IMG/VR virus record: IMGVR_UViG_3300048856_000015 | Location: 1 to 41,207 of that record | DNA from: a virus | Taxonomy: Duplodnaviria > Caudoviricetes | Reading direction: 5' to 3' (one strand) | Length of the DNA: 41,207 bases | Shown: positions 8,553 through 17,378 of the stretch, piece by piece | Position numbering within the stretch: position 1 is the first letter of the stretch | Layout of the letters: each line of letters opens with the position of its first letter | Program-made: the position numbers and the translations under genes | Notes under the pieces: generated by a model | What the model was told of the DNA's origin: nothing | The model's input: the letters and a program-made list of their open reading frames with translations, nothing else | Databases searched by the model: none

Positions 8553-8821
8553 TCACCTGCCCATGCTGCAATCACTCATTTGAGCCGCAGGTGCCGACGT
8601 CAGCCATGACCGCGAAGCAACGCGATCTGCTGGGCTTCATCCAATCCTACACAGCCGAGAACCAGGGCGTGGCGCCCACGATCCGCGAAATGCGCGATTG
8701 GTCGGGGCTGGCCTCCATGAGCGGGATCTACCGCCTCGTCTCGGCTCTTGAAGAGCGCGGTTTCATCCGCCGCCTTGAGAACCGGGCTCGTTCCATCGTC
8801 GTCGTAGGAGCCTCAGCATGA
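8549..8821 (+). CDS. LexA-type DNA-binding domain protein
   Basis: [15 protein letters not shown]...GVAPTIREM...[21 protein letters not shown]...RARSI. Confidence 0.85.
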   Translation: MITCPCCNHSFEPQVPTSAMTAKQRDLLGFIQSYTAENQGVAPTIREMRDWSGLASMSGIYRLVSALEERGFIRRLENRARSIVVVGASA

Positions 8822-8967
8822 TCTCGGCTTTCATCACGCTCTTCGTCATCTTCTGCCTTCTCTGCGTCTTCACGGCGGTCTTCTTCAACATCGCCGGGGC
8901 TCGCGTCGAGGACGCGGCCGATCAAGTCCATTTCAGCTTTGAGGAATGGAGAAATCCCTTCCTCTGA
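8818..8967 (+). CDS. Small membrane protein (49 aa)
   Basis: Not in ORF track. [27 protein letters not shown]...; AGGAG RBS; ATGA overlap. Confidence 0.55.
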   Translation: MISAFITLFVIFCLLCVFTAVFFNIAGARVEDAADQVHFSFEEWRNPFL

Positions 8968-9107
8968 AATCTCGGGAGCGTGGCGCGCCGGCCTGGCAGC
9001 ATGATCGCGCCGCTCTCCAATCGTTCAGTTTCCGTCTTCGGGCGGGCGCTGATCTCTCAACCACCACCCCTGTCGACAACGGATTAGTCGCACAGGGAAA
9101 ATCGAAA

Positions 9108-9482
9108 ATGTCCGAAAAAGCATCGGGAAAATCAGAAATGTCTAGCGTCGAGTATTTTTGCCAGGAAGCATTGAAGACCCAGATCGCGCCGCCGACCGTA
9201 GGTAGCGTGAAAGCACGGATTACCCATGCCGCTTGGAAGCTTGGGTGGTCCATCTCCCGAACAAAAGACGCTTGGTATGCCGACCCCCGCATCAGCATTG
9301 ACGGGGAGGAGCTGACGCGCGTCGAGGAAGTAAGTGGACTTGAATATGCAAAACGAGAACTGCGGTCGCTCGACGACCTTATCGCCAAAGCCGACGCGCT
9401 CTTGGACGGCCCGCAAGCGGACTACCATCGCCCGTTTGTGGATGCGTTTCGCGCGTTCATTGGCAGTCTTAATCGATCCTGA
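9108..9482 (+). CDS. Putative CII-like or HTH regulator
   Basis: SVKARITHAAWKLGWSISRTKDAWY HTH-like segment; position in the early right operon; start at 9108 or 9138. Confidence 0.55.
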   Translation: MSEKASGKSEMSSVEYFCQEALKTQIAPPTVGSVKARITHAAWKLGWSISRTKDAWYADPRISIDGEELTRVEEVSGLEYAKRELRSLDDLIAKADALLDGPQADYHRPFVDAFRAFIGSLNRS

Positions 9483-9562
9483 TCTCCGGTAGGGCGCCCG
9501 TCTGGCGTCCTTCTTTTTCTCCGAGCATTCGGAATTTTCCGACAACCACCGAGGCACCCGCA

Positions 9563-10090
9563 ATGGCGAAAGCAGCAACAGCGACAGTGAATGCAGGCCA
9601 CAACGTGCAGACCGAGCGCGAGCAGTGGCAAGAGCAGCAGTTTCTCAATGGTCTGGTCCAGATCAAGGAGCTGAAATCAGACATTGCCGGCCAGACGGGC
9701 GAGATTGGCCAGGTCTACAAGCGCGTGAAGGATTCGGCCGGCTTCACCAAGGCCGACTTCAAATGGGCGATGGAGCTCGAGGATAAGGATGCCGCCGAGA
9801 TCGTCGCCACGATGGAACGGCGGCTGCGGATCGCGCGCATGCTTGGCCACCGTGTCGCGCGTCAGTTCGACATGTTCGATACCGACCGGACGCCGGCCGA
9901 AGACGCTGCCTATGAAGCCGGCCTTGCCGCCGGGAAGCTCCGCAAGCCGAACAACAACCCTTACGACCATTCCAGCCCCCAGGGGCAGCGCTGGCAGGCC
10001 GGTTTCAACGATGGCACCGAGTTCATCAATAAGGAACTCGACGCGGCTGTGAACGGCGCTCCGGGCGCAACTCCCACTGAAGCCTGGTAA
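9563..10090 (+). CDS. Protein with GapR/DUF2312-like N-terminus and Rmf-like C-terminus
   Basis: LKSDIAGQTGEIGQVYKRVKDSAGF (GapR-like) and AYEAGLAAGKLRKPNNNPY...QRWQAGFNDG (Rmf-like). Confidence 0.55.
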   Translation: MAKAATATVNAGHNVQTEREQWQEQQFLNGLVQIKELKSDIAGQTGEIGQVYKRVKDSAGFTKADFKWAMELEDKDAAEIVATMERRLRIARMLGHRVARQFDMFDTDRTPAEDAAYEAGLAAGKLRKPNNNPYDHSSPQGQRWQAGFNDGTEFINKELDAAVNGAPGATPTEAW

Positions 10091-10097
10091 TTCTACC

Positions 10098-10439
10098 ATG
10101 AACGCGCACCCCCGCATCAAGACGTATTGCTGCCCATCATGCGGCAACTCCATTGGCGAGGCTTCGCCGGTGGAGCGCATCAGGGACGCCGACCTTACCC
10201 GCCAGCAGCGGGTCATCATCGAAGCCCTGTCCAACCCCGTGGGTGAATGGGTGCGCGTCACGGCGTTGGAGCAGGCGATCTATCAGAAGAACGAGACAGG
10301 GCGGGAACTCTCGGCGCATCGCCAGAGCATCTCGGTTCAGATCAGTAAGGTCCAGGCTCTCCTTCGTCCGCTTGGCTGGTTTATCGGGTCGGATCGGCGC
10401 GGGTGCTATCGACTTATTCCGACGGAGAAGAGCGCATGA
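10098..10439 (+). CDS. CxxC plus winged-HTH protein
   Basis: CPSCG; LT.QQ..I...L; SISVQISKVQALLRPLGW.I...RGCYRL (OmpR C-terminal-like). Confidence 0.7.
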   Translation: MNAHPRIKTYCCPSCGNSIGEASPVERIRDADLTRQQRVIIEALSNPVGEWVRVTALEQAIYQKNETGRELSAHRQSISVQISKVQALLRPLGWFIGSDRRGCYRLIPTEKSA

Positions 10440-11065
10440 CTCTCATTCTCGGCCTCGATGTCGCCACCGGTACCGGATGGGCGGTCTATGACACGGAACG
10501 CAGGGACGCGACCGTTTGCGGCGTGATCGATCTTCGCCTTGAAGATTCGAAAAAGATGACAGGCATGGAAAGGCGCAAGATTATGCGCCGCAATCTGGAT
10601 GAGGCGCTTTGCGAACTCATCAATAAGTGGCGCCCGGATGTGGCTTGCATTGAGCAACCTCTGAACTTTATTGGGGCAAATGAGCCTACCGAAAAGCCTA
10701 TGCCGCTTTTCAAGCGGGCTGAGGCTCCCTTGAAGGGGAAACCAAAGAGGCAGGGTGGCGGTCCGAATGCTGACACCGCTTTCATGCTGAACCAACTCTT
10801 CACCGTTGCCGACGTTGTTTGCCGCCACAAGACACGCGAGGTCATCGAGGTTGCGCCCACGACGTGGCAGACCCTGACAAAAGCCTTCTCCGGCGACACC
10901 AAAGAACGCTCAATCGCCTTTTGCAGAATGCACCGGATCGAAATCCCTGGTGGCCTAACGAAACCCCAGCGCGGCGATGCGGCCGACGCGGCGGTGATCG
11001 CATATTGGGCCGCAGGCAAGGCCCAGCAACTGAAGATGCAAGAGCGGGTAGGGGCTGCAGCATGA
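10436..11065 (+). CDS. RuvC-like Holliday junction resolvase
   Basis: ILGLDVATGTGWA, ACIEQP, VAPTTW and DAADAAVIA acidic motifs. Confidence 0.8.
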   Translation: MTLILGLDVATGTGWAVYDTERRDATVCGVIDLRLEDSKKMTGMERRKIMRRNLDEALCELINKWRPDVACIEQPLNFIGANEPTEKPMPLFKRAEAPLKGKPKRQGGGPNADTAFMLNQLFTVADVVCRHKTREVIEVAPTTWQTLTKAFSGDTKERSIAFCRMHRIEIPGGLTKPQRGDAADAAVIAYWAAGKAQQLKMQERVGAAA

Positions 11066-12315
11066 CGGGTGCCCGCTCTATCCTCGACGGGCGCTGCACG
11101 ATCCACGTCGGTGATTGTATCGACGTCATGCGGACCATGCCGACAGGCTCGGTCGATTGTGTGGTGACCAGTCCGCCCTATTGGGGACTTCGCGATTACG
11201 GCGTTGCTGGCCAGATCGGTCTTGAGCCGACGCTCGGCGAGCACCTCGAGGTGATGGTCCGTGTGTTCCGCGAGGTCTGGCGCGTCCTGAAGCCGCGCGG
11301 AACGCTCTGGCTGAACTATGGCGACTGCTACGCGGCTCAGCCCAACGGCAAGAGCGCAGCAGCCTACAAGGCTGACGGTACCGACGACAGGACGTTCCGG
11401 GACAAGCCATTCTCAACCGTCGGCCCGATCCTCCAGCCAGACACCCGCGGCCCACAGCGCGCCGGCGCAAAGGAAGAATATCGACCGGACAGCGGGAGAA
11501 CGATTCGGCCAGGTGGATACCTGAAGCCGAAAGACCTCTGCATGATCCCGAACCGCTTGGCGATCGCGCTGCAGGATGACGGCTGGTACGTGCGCTCGGA
11601 GATCATCTGGCACAAGCCGAACCCCATGCCGGAAAGCGTCTATGACCGGCCGACGACGGCGCATGAGAAGATCTGGCTTCTGACCAAGGGAGAAGATTAC
11701 TACTACGACCACGAGGCCATCCGGGAGCCGACGACAGGGACAGCGCACGCTCGCAAGCCTGGGCCAAACAGCCGGCAGAATGTCGATCGAGTGCCGGTAT
11801 CCAAGAAAACCGGGACCGGCGTTGGCTGGGGTAGGCTCGACAAGATCAATGCCGGCGAATCCGATCGAGGGCGGGACCGTATCAGCAAGGTAGCTGACGA
11901 GGCCGACCCGTTCCGCAAAGCAAAACCCTCGTTTGCGGCCGCGACTGGCGACCTGGTTGATACACGCAATGCTCGGAACGTGTGGTCGATCGCCCCCCGC
12001 GCGTTCCGTGATGCACACTTCGCCACGTTCCCCCCGGCGCTCGCCGAACGCTGCATGAAAGCCGGCACGCCCAGAACAGTCTGCGGATGCTGCGGGGCGA
12101 CAGAAGGCTGCGGCCCGATCTGTGAGATGTATGACCGGGTGCCCGGAACCGTCTTTGATCCCTTCGGCGGCGCCGGCACGGTCTCGCTCGTCGCCGAGCA
12201 GCTCGGTCTCCGCAGCATCATGATCGAGCTCAACCCCGAATACGCCGACATCGCAGAGCGCCGCATCACTGGCGCGCCTGTCGTCTCGATCGAGAATGAA
12301 GAGGAAGCGGCATGA
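11062..12315 (+). CDS. Orphan N4-cytosine/N6-adenine DNA methyltransferase (beta class)
   Basis: TSPPY catalytic motif, IIWHKPNPMPESV, HFATFP and DPFGGAGT SAM-binding motif. Confidence 0.92.
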   Translation: MTGARSILDGRCTIHVGDCIDVMRTMPTGSVDCVVTSPPYWGLRDYGVAGQIGLEPTLGEHLEVMVRVFREVWRVLKPRGTLWLNYGDCYAAQPNGKSAAAYKADGTDDRTFRDKPFSTVGPILQPDTRGPQRAGAKEEYRPDSGRTIRPGGYLKPKDLCMIPNRLAIALQDDGWYVRSEIIWHKPNPMPESVYDRPTTAHEKIWLLTKGEDYYYDHEAIREPTTGTAHARKPGPNSRQNVDRVPVSKKTGTGVGWGRLDKINAGESDRGRDRISKVADEADPFRKAKPSFAAATGDLVDTRNARNVWSIAPRAFRDAHFATFPPALAERCMKAGTPRTVCGCCGATEGCGPICEMYDRVPGTVFDPFGGAGTVSLVAEQLGLRSIMIELNPEYADIAERRITGAPVVSIENEEEAA

Positions 12316-13751
12316 ATATGCACACATCCCCCCCACCGCCGCAGCTCCCTGACGCCATCGAGGCGGAACAAGCCCTGCTTGGTGCCATCCTCATGAGGCC
12401 TGACGCTTATTGGAGCGTGGCGGGCTTCCTCCGGGAGTACCACTTCTCGGAAGAGATCCACGGCCAAATCTACGAGACGGCTGGCAAGATGATTGTCGAA
12501 GGCCGATCGGCCAACCCTGTCACCGTGAAGTCCTACCTGCCGCAGGATAAGAAGATCGGGGACCTCACGATATCGCAGTACCTAGCCAGACTGACGTCCG
12601 AGGCGGTATCGATCATCAATGCTTATGATTATGGGCGGGCGATCATCGAATCGTGGTGCCGTATTCAGTTGATCGGCTTAGCCGGTGACATGGATACCCT
12701 TGCCCGGTGCATGCCGGTCGACATGACGCCGGAGAAGATCATTGGCGAGATTGCCAACAGGCTAACCAAGATCGCCACTGAGGGTAATGAACGGGCAGGG
12801 GCCAGCAAATACGGCGTCATCCTCCCAGACGCCATGAACAAGGTCGCGAAGGCCAGCCTCGATACCTCCGGGCGCATCCCGTGGTTCATTGAGGATATCA
12901 CCCAAAAGCTTGGGTACATGCGGCGCGGTAACCTCGTCGGGCTCATGTCCGATTCTGGCGGCGGCAAGACAGCGATGTCCCTTCAGCAGTGCCGATATGC
13001 GGCCTCATGCGGGTTCAAGACGGCCTTCTTCTCCGTCGAAATCAGTGAGGAGGAGGCGGCACTTCAGGCTGCGGCCCAGCAGGCCCAGGTGCCTCTCTCA
13101 AGGTTGGACAGCTACACGCTCAATTCCAAGGAAGAAAGCGGGATGGAAGCGGAGATGATCAAGTCCGTCGACCTTCCGTTCTATATCGTCGGCTTCGGCG
13201 AATGCTCTCTGTCTGATATCCGCGTGAAGGCGGAATCAATGGTCAAGAGCTTGGGTATCGACCTGATCGTCATCGACCACGCCAAGATGATCACGCTGCC
13301 GAATCCGAAAGACATCTTCTCCGAGCGGGTAAACGCTCTGTATCGCGGCCTCAAGGCGCTGGCGAAATCGCTGAATGTGGCGATCGTCATTCTCATCCAG
13401 CGCAATGACGAGTGGAAAGCCCGCTGGCGGTCCGGTGGCTCCATCCGTCCGATGATGGGCGATGCCTACGGTGGCGGTTCGATCAAGCAGAACCTGGACG
13501 TCTGGTTCAGTCTCTATCGTCCTGAGCCACTTTACAAAGAACTGATCCCCCAGGTGCACGGGGAGGAGAAGCGCGGTGACCTTCTGCGCCGATACGAAGA
13601 CTCGCGCGGCAAGGCCTGGATCATCAACCACAAGCGCCGGCGAGGCGAGCCCGGCCAGTCAGCTGAGATCAGGTTCGAGGCCGAATACACAATGTTCGCC
13701 CCTCCATACGTCGAGAGAGAACCCGCCCTCCTTGGGTTCGAGGATTTCTAA
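12312..13751 (+). CDS. DnaB-like replicative helicase (divergent)
   Basis: N-terminal IEAEQALLGAIL; Walker A SDSGGGKT; FFSVE; LIVIDH; LKALAKSLNVAIVIL.Q; KRRRG. Confidence 0.85.
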   Translation: MNMHTSPPPPQLPDAIEAEQALLGAILMRPDAYWSVAGFLREYHFSEEIHGQIYETAGKMIVEGRSANPVTVKSYLPQDKKIGDLTISQYLARLTSEAVSIINAYDYGRAIIESWCRIQLIGLAGDMDTLARCMPVDMTPEKIIGEIANRLTKIATEGNERAGASKYGVILPDAMNKVAKASLDTSGRIPWFIEDITQKLGYMRRGNLVGLMSDSGGGKTAMSLQQCRYAASCGFKTAFFSVEISEEEAALQAAAQQAQVPLSRLDSYTLNSKEESGMEAEMIKSVDLPFYIVGFGECSLSDIRVKAESMVKSLGIDLIVIDHAKMITLPNPKDIFSERVNALYRGLKALAKSLNVAIVILIQRNDEWKARWRSGGSIRPMMGDAYGGGSIKQNLDVWFSLYRPEPLYKELIPQVHGEEKRGDLLRRYEDSRGKAWIINHKRRRGEPGQSAEIRFEAEYTMFAPPYVEREPALLGFEDF

Positions 13752-13821
13752 TGCGCCCCACCCCCGAATATACCCGCTACGTCTCACAGAAGCCGAAGCG
13801 CCAGCAGGAGGAGATGTTCTG

Positions 13822-14556
13822 ATGCAGCGCTCATTGCCTCTCATCATGCCAAGAACCAGCGCCACCCGCTCGCTCCGTGTTCTTGTGGCATGCGAGTTCA
13901 CCGGCACGGTTCGGAACGCCTTCCTCGATCTAGGGCATGACGCGTGGTCCTGCGATCTGCTGCCGGCGGAGAACGGCCATAACCGGCACATCCGCGGCGA
14001 CGTTCGCCATTACCTTGCCGACGGATGGGATATGCTCATCGTCGCCCATCCGCCTTGCACTCGGCTTTGCCGGTCTGGGCGCCGGTGGCTTTCAGGCCCC
14101 GGCAATATGACGCCGCCGAAGCAGCTGCCGAATGGCCGCACATGGGAGAGCATGAAGGCGGAGTTTGAAGACGGTGTCGACCTCTTTGTCTCGTGTTGGC
14201 GGGCTCCGGTAGATCGCGTGGCGATCGAGAACCCGGAAATGCACGATCTCGCCAAAGCCCGGATGCCGAAGGATCTCCCGCGTCCGCAGATTGTCCAGCC
14301 TTTCTGGTTTGGCCATCCCGAATACAAGGGCACAGGCTGGTATCTCCGCAACCTTCCCAGCCTGCAGGAAACTGCTCGCCTGCGCGAACCGGAGAAGGAC
14401 ACCGCCGAGTGGAAGGCGTGGAACCGGGTCTGGCGCATGTCGCCGGGCGCGGACCGCGGCAAGGAGCGCAGTCGGTTCTTCCCCGGCATGGCAGTAGCGA
14501 TGGCCGATCAGTGGGGAGGATACGCCCTCGATCAATTTCATTTGGAGGCAGCATGA
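13822..14556 (+). CDS. Phage DNA cytosine methyltransferase-like protein
   Basis: RVLVACEFTG, AWSCDL, AHPPC catalytic motif, AIENP, QPFWFGH, MADQW; AGGAGG RBS. Confidence 0.8.
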   Translation: MQRSLPLIMPRTSATRSLRVLVACEFTGTVRNAFLDLGHDAWSCDLLPAENGHNRHIRGDVRHYLADGWDMLIVAHPPCTRLCRSGRRWLSGPGNMTPPKQLPNGRTWESMKAEFEDGVDLFVSCWRAPVDRVAIENPEMHDLAKARMPKDLPRPQIVQPFWFGHPEYKGTGWYLRNLPSLQETARLREPEKDTAEWKAWNRVWRMSPGADRGKERSRFFPGMAVAMADQWGGYALDQFHLEAA

Positions 14557-14612
14557 ACGAGTTCTCCGGATACGCACATCCGATCCCGAGATGCTGCTGT
14601 TTAACTGGCGAC

Positions 14613-14840
14613 TTAGTGGCGAGTGCTCGCGACCGCCTGTTCCACTGCGGGTCTTGCTTCGTTGGCTGGCAATCTGCCGTCTCGGGCAGCCAGACACGTT
14701 CTCCAGGCTTTCCGAAAACTATCCCTGTCCCGGTTCGAAGCTTGCGAGAGCCAGGTCATCGCCTCTTCGGGCGATCCAATGGTTATCCGAAGGCCGTCAT
14801 CCTCAAAGACTACGGGCGTTTCCCAACGTGTGACGAGCAT
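14613..14840 (-). CDS. DUF982-family protein (antisense moron)
   Basis: W..PV......I.SPEEA..WL......F..A...C.AA.DG......AR.A pattern; AAGGA RBS. Confidence 0.75.
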   Translation of the reverse strand: MLVTRWETPVVFEDDGLRITIGSPEEAMTWLSQASNRDRDSFRKAWRTCLAARDGRLPANEARPAVEQAVASTRH

Positions 14841-14932
14841 GGTCCAATCCTTGGTGGAGAGTTGTTGATGCATACCTATTCCGCGGGCGCTGTCATAGTT
14901 CCTCAGATTTTCAGAAATGCAGGAGCGGAAGC

Positions 14933-15259
14933 ATGACCAACCGTTTTGATTTCGGCTCTATGCCAGTGCGCGGCGGTTTCGTTGCCTTCTACCGGATGGT
15001 CCACCATTCGAGCAATTTCATCCTACGGGATGGAAAGCACGACATCATCTTCGCGACTGCTGATGAAGCCGAGCGTGAGGCCGGCAAAGCATTCAAGGAA
15101 TATCTGAATAGCCCAATCAGCGGCATGACCGCGGCTGATGACGACAATTTCGACAAGGCCAACGGCCTGTTCAATCTGGAACCGACGGCGCGGCCGGCCA
15201 ACGTCCGTCAAAGGGGAAGCAACAGGCGAACGGAAGTCGAGCGGAGGGAGAGGGCATGA
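14933..15259 (+). CDS. Hypothetical phage protein
   Basis: AGGAG RBS; coupled in the operon. Confidence 0.65.
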   Translation: MTNRFDFGSMPVRGGFVAFYRMVHHSSNFILRDGKHDIIFATADEAEREAGKAFKEYLNSPISGMTAADDDNFDKANGLFNLEPTARPANVRQRGSNRRTEVERRERA

Positions 15260-15318
15260 GCAGCAAAGAAAAAGCCGCAGGCAGTGTGCCCGCGGCCTTT
15301 ATGGTGCAGCTTTATGGG

Positions 15319-15558
15319 TCAGTGCCGATGGCCGAGAGAGCCCTCAGCGGCAGGCTCCCCGACCGACATGGCCTTGAAGAACGGAATGATCTGGTACAGC
15401 GCCGAAAGGCCAACCAGAACATAGACGATCCTAGAAAGGGTGGCGTCTTGACCCCCGAAGATGGCAGCCACGAGGTCAAGCTGGAAAAGCCCGACCAGAA
15501 GCCAGTTGATGCCACCGATGATGATCAGCAGAAGGGTGATGAGGTTGAGTGCGCGCAT
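15319..15558 (-). CDS. DUF378-family small membrane protein (antisense moron)
   Basis: LLIIIGGINWLLVGLFQLDLVAAIFG...LSRIVYVLVGLSALY signature; AAGGAG RBS. Confidence 0.9.
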   Translation of the reverse strand: MRALNLITLLLIIIGGINWLLVGLFQLDLVAAIFGGQDATLSRIVYVLVGLSALYQIIPFFKAMSVGEPAAEGSLGHRH

Positions 15559-15590
15559 CCGATACTCCTTTTAGGTTTGCGTGTAGTTCG

Positions 15591-15615
15591 AACTGGCAAC
15601 TCAACGGCTGGTTCC
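15591..15615 (-). promoter_or_regulatory. EcfG/RpoE2-type general-stress promoter for the DUF378 gene
   Basis: Minus strand GGAAC-N18-TT (GGAACcagccgttgagttgccagTT). Confidence 0.6.
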
Positions 15616-15728
15616 ATGGCTAGTCGGCTGCGCCCCCGACTACTGCGTCACTGCCTCGGGTCGAGCAGGAACTCGCAGAGCGATTCTTCATTGACGAAGA
15701 ATTTCGTACCCTCAGTGAGGTTCCGTCC

Positions 15729-15932
15729 ATGACCACCTGCCCACTCACCCCCAGACAACTCGAATGCGTCAAGCTGTCCGCCGACGGCTATACGATGAAG
15801 AACATCGCATATGCGCTCGACCTGTCTTTTCATACAGTCAACGCCTACCTCCGTCGCGCCAAGGACCTGGTTGGCGTCGGTACGGAAACGGCCCTGGTGG
15901 CTGCGGCGCTGCGGAAAGGGTGGATAACTTGA
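15729..15932 (+). CDS. LuxR-type HTH protein
   Basis: LTPRQLECVKLSADGYTMKNIAYALDLSFHTVNAYLRRAKDLVG...LVAAALRKGWI. Confidence 0.9.
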   Translation: MTTCPLTPRQLECVKLSADGYTMKNIAYALDLSFHTVNAYLRRAKDLVGVGTETALVAAALRKGWIT

Positions 15933-16381
15933 ACCATGCCGGCACCCACCGCTGTGACATCTACAAGGTCGCTCGCCAGTGCGGCGTGAAGCTGTTCGAC
16001 GGCTCCAAACATAGCCCAACCAGCCGGAAGGCGTTCGAGTGCTACTGCAAGCCCACGGTGCGCGATATCGGCCGTGACCACGGCGAGGATCACCTCCGCC
16101 TCGTCTTCATGCTGATGACCGGCACAAGGGCCAATGCAGCGGAGCTGTTCGCGGATATGATCAAGGCGGTTTCGGCGCTGCTGATCGAGAACCCGGATCT
16201 CGTGAAGTCGCCAACGCTCACAAAGGACTTCGACGCGATCGACCTCGGCAGCCTGCGGCGCAAGATAAAGGCCATGCGGATGCCGGTCGAGAATTGGAAG
16301 GCGCTGTATGTGCTGATCTCGGTGCGCTTCTACAGGCCCATCCAGGGCGATCTTTTGGACATGATAGGAGAAGCGGCATGA
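15929..16381 (+). CDS. Hypothetical phage protein
   Basis: TTGA overlap start (MNHAGTHRCD); ends GEAA and is coupled to the next gene. Confidence 0.7.
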   Translation: MNHAGTHRCDIYKVARQCGVKLFDGSKHSPTSRKAFECYCKPTVRDIGRDHGEDHLRLVFMLMTGTRANAAELFADMIKAVSALLIENPDLVKSPTLTKDFDAIDLGSLRRKIKAMRMPVENWKALYVLISVRFYRPIQGDLLDMIGEAA

Positions 16382-17001
16382 ACATGGCAGTGTTTCAGGA
16401 CTGGACGTATGAGCAGGTGCGGGCGCGGATCGTAGAGGCTGCCGAGACGCTTCTCGCCACACCGGCATCTCTCGGTCCTCGCATGGCCGGCGGCGCCATG
16501 GGTGACGTCGTCCGCGAGATCGGAGAGAGCTACGGCTATGGCACCACCACCTACCGCCGCGTCCTCGCTCCCGGCGCTCTCTCTCGCATGGAGGAGACGT
16601 GGACATGGATCAACACCTACCTGGCCGAGATCGACCGCAAGTTGGTATACGATTACAGCTTCATCAAAACACGCAAGGGCATGTATCTTGAGCGGTATCT
16701 CGAACGAAACGACATGGTGCGCCGAACTTTCGAACGCAAGATTAATCGGTGCTGTCAAACAATTGCATTAGCTCTCAACCGTAAGCATTTGGTTCGGTTT
16801 GATAATCCCATAGACGGCGTGTCGCAAATCAGCGTAAAACACACGTCATCAACGGTATCGTCCGAGAAGTGCGCGACACACTGGATCGCACCGGACGGCA
16901 AGCCGCATATCGACCCTGATCTTCCCTCGGAAAGAACACTCGATCACCGGGCGATCCGGGCGCGGCATAGTGATCGAAATCGAAGCCTCGGCGTGCGGTA
17001 G
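16378..17001 (+). CDS. Putative late-gene regulator (Q-like position)
   Basis: WT.EQVRARIVEAAETL...ALSRMEETWTWI; last gene of the early right operon. Function inferred from position only. Confidence 0.55.
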   Translation: MNMAVFQDWTYEQVRARIVEAAETLLATPASLGPRMAGGAMGDVVREIGESYGYGTTTYRRVLAPGALSRMEETWTWINTYLAEIDRKLVYDYSFIKTRKGMYLERYLERNDMVRRTFERKINRCCQTIALALNRKHLVRFDNPIDGVSQISVKHTSSTVSSEKCATHWIAPDGKPHIDPDLPSERTLDHRAIRARHSDRNRSLGVR

Positions 17002-17009
17002 AATTCAAG

Positions 17010-17295
17010 CCGCGGGACCACATTGGCGCGGTCGCAGCGAGAATGCTGCCCTAATCGGGAAGGCGGACAGTCGTTCGTGAAGATCGGGAATGCTCGATCG
17101 TTCCTTCCCACTGTAGGCGACGGCCGCCGAAAATAGCCGTGGTCGGTTAAGGGTGGCTGCAAAGTCCTCGTGAGAGCCTCGCCCGAAAGGGTCCGACTAG
17201 GGCAATAATACGGCGCCAAGTCAGCGGTAACCCTCGGGAAACGTGGACTGACCCCTTCTGACGGCATACCTCAGAAGTAGTAGATCGGTCGCGAT
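17010..17295 (+). ncRNA. Candidate large structured non-coding RNA
   Basis: No credible CDS; several nested helices and GNRA-capped hairpins (see findings). Strand inferred from the GNRA loops. Confidence 0.55.
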
Positions 17296-17378
17296 ATTTG
17301 TCAAACGTGCATAATCCGTTCGGCGATCGTTCGGGTGTCGTTTAGAGGTCGCGAAAATATAGGTTTCAGCCCGTCGCC

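Noticed and set aside
16492-16521. Alternative U6 match in the Q-like gene (GAMGDVVREI)
   Set aside because: 13/20 overall; weaker than the tail-gene match and within chance expectation.
17010-17340. tRNA, RNase P RNA, tmRNA or group I intron identity for the structured region
   Set aside because: No cloverleaf or T-loop; only fragmentary resemblance (AAAGTCC, GGTAACCC) to RNase P; no P/Q/R/S intron motifs.
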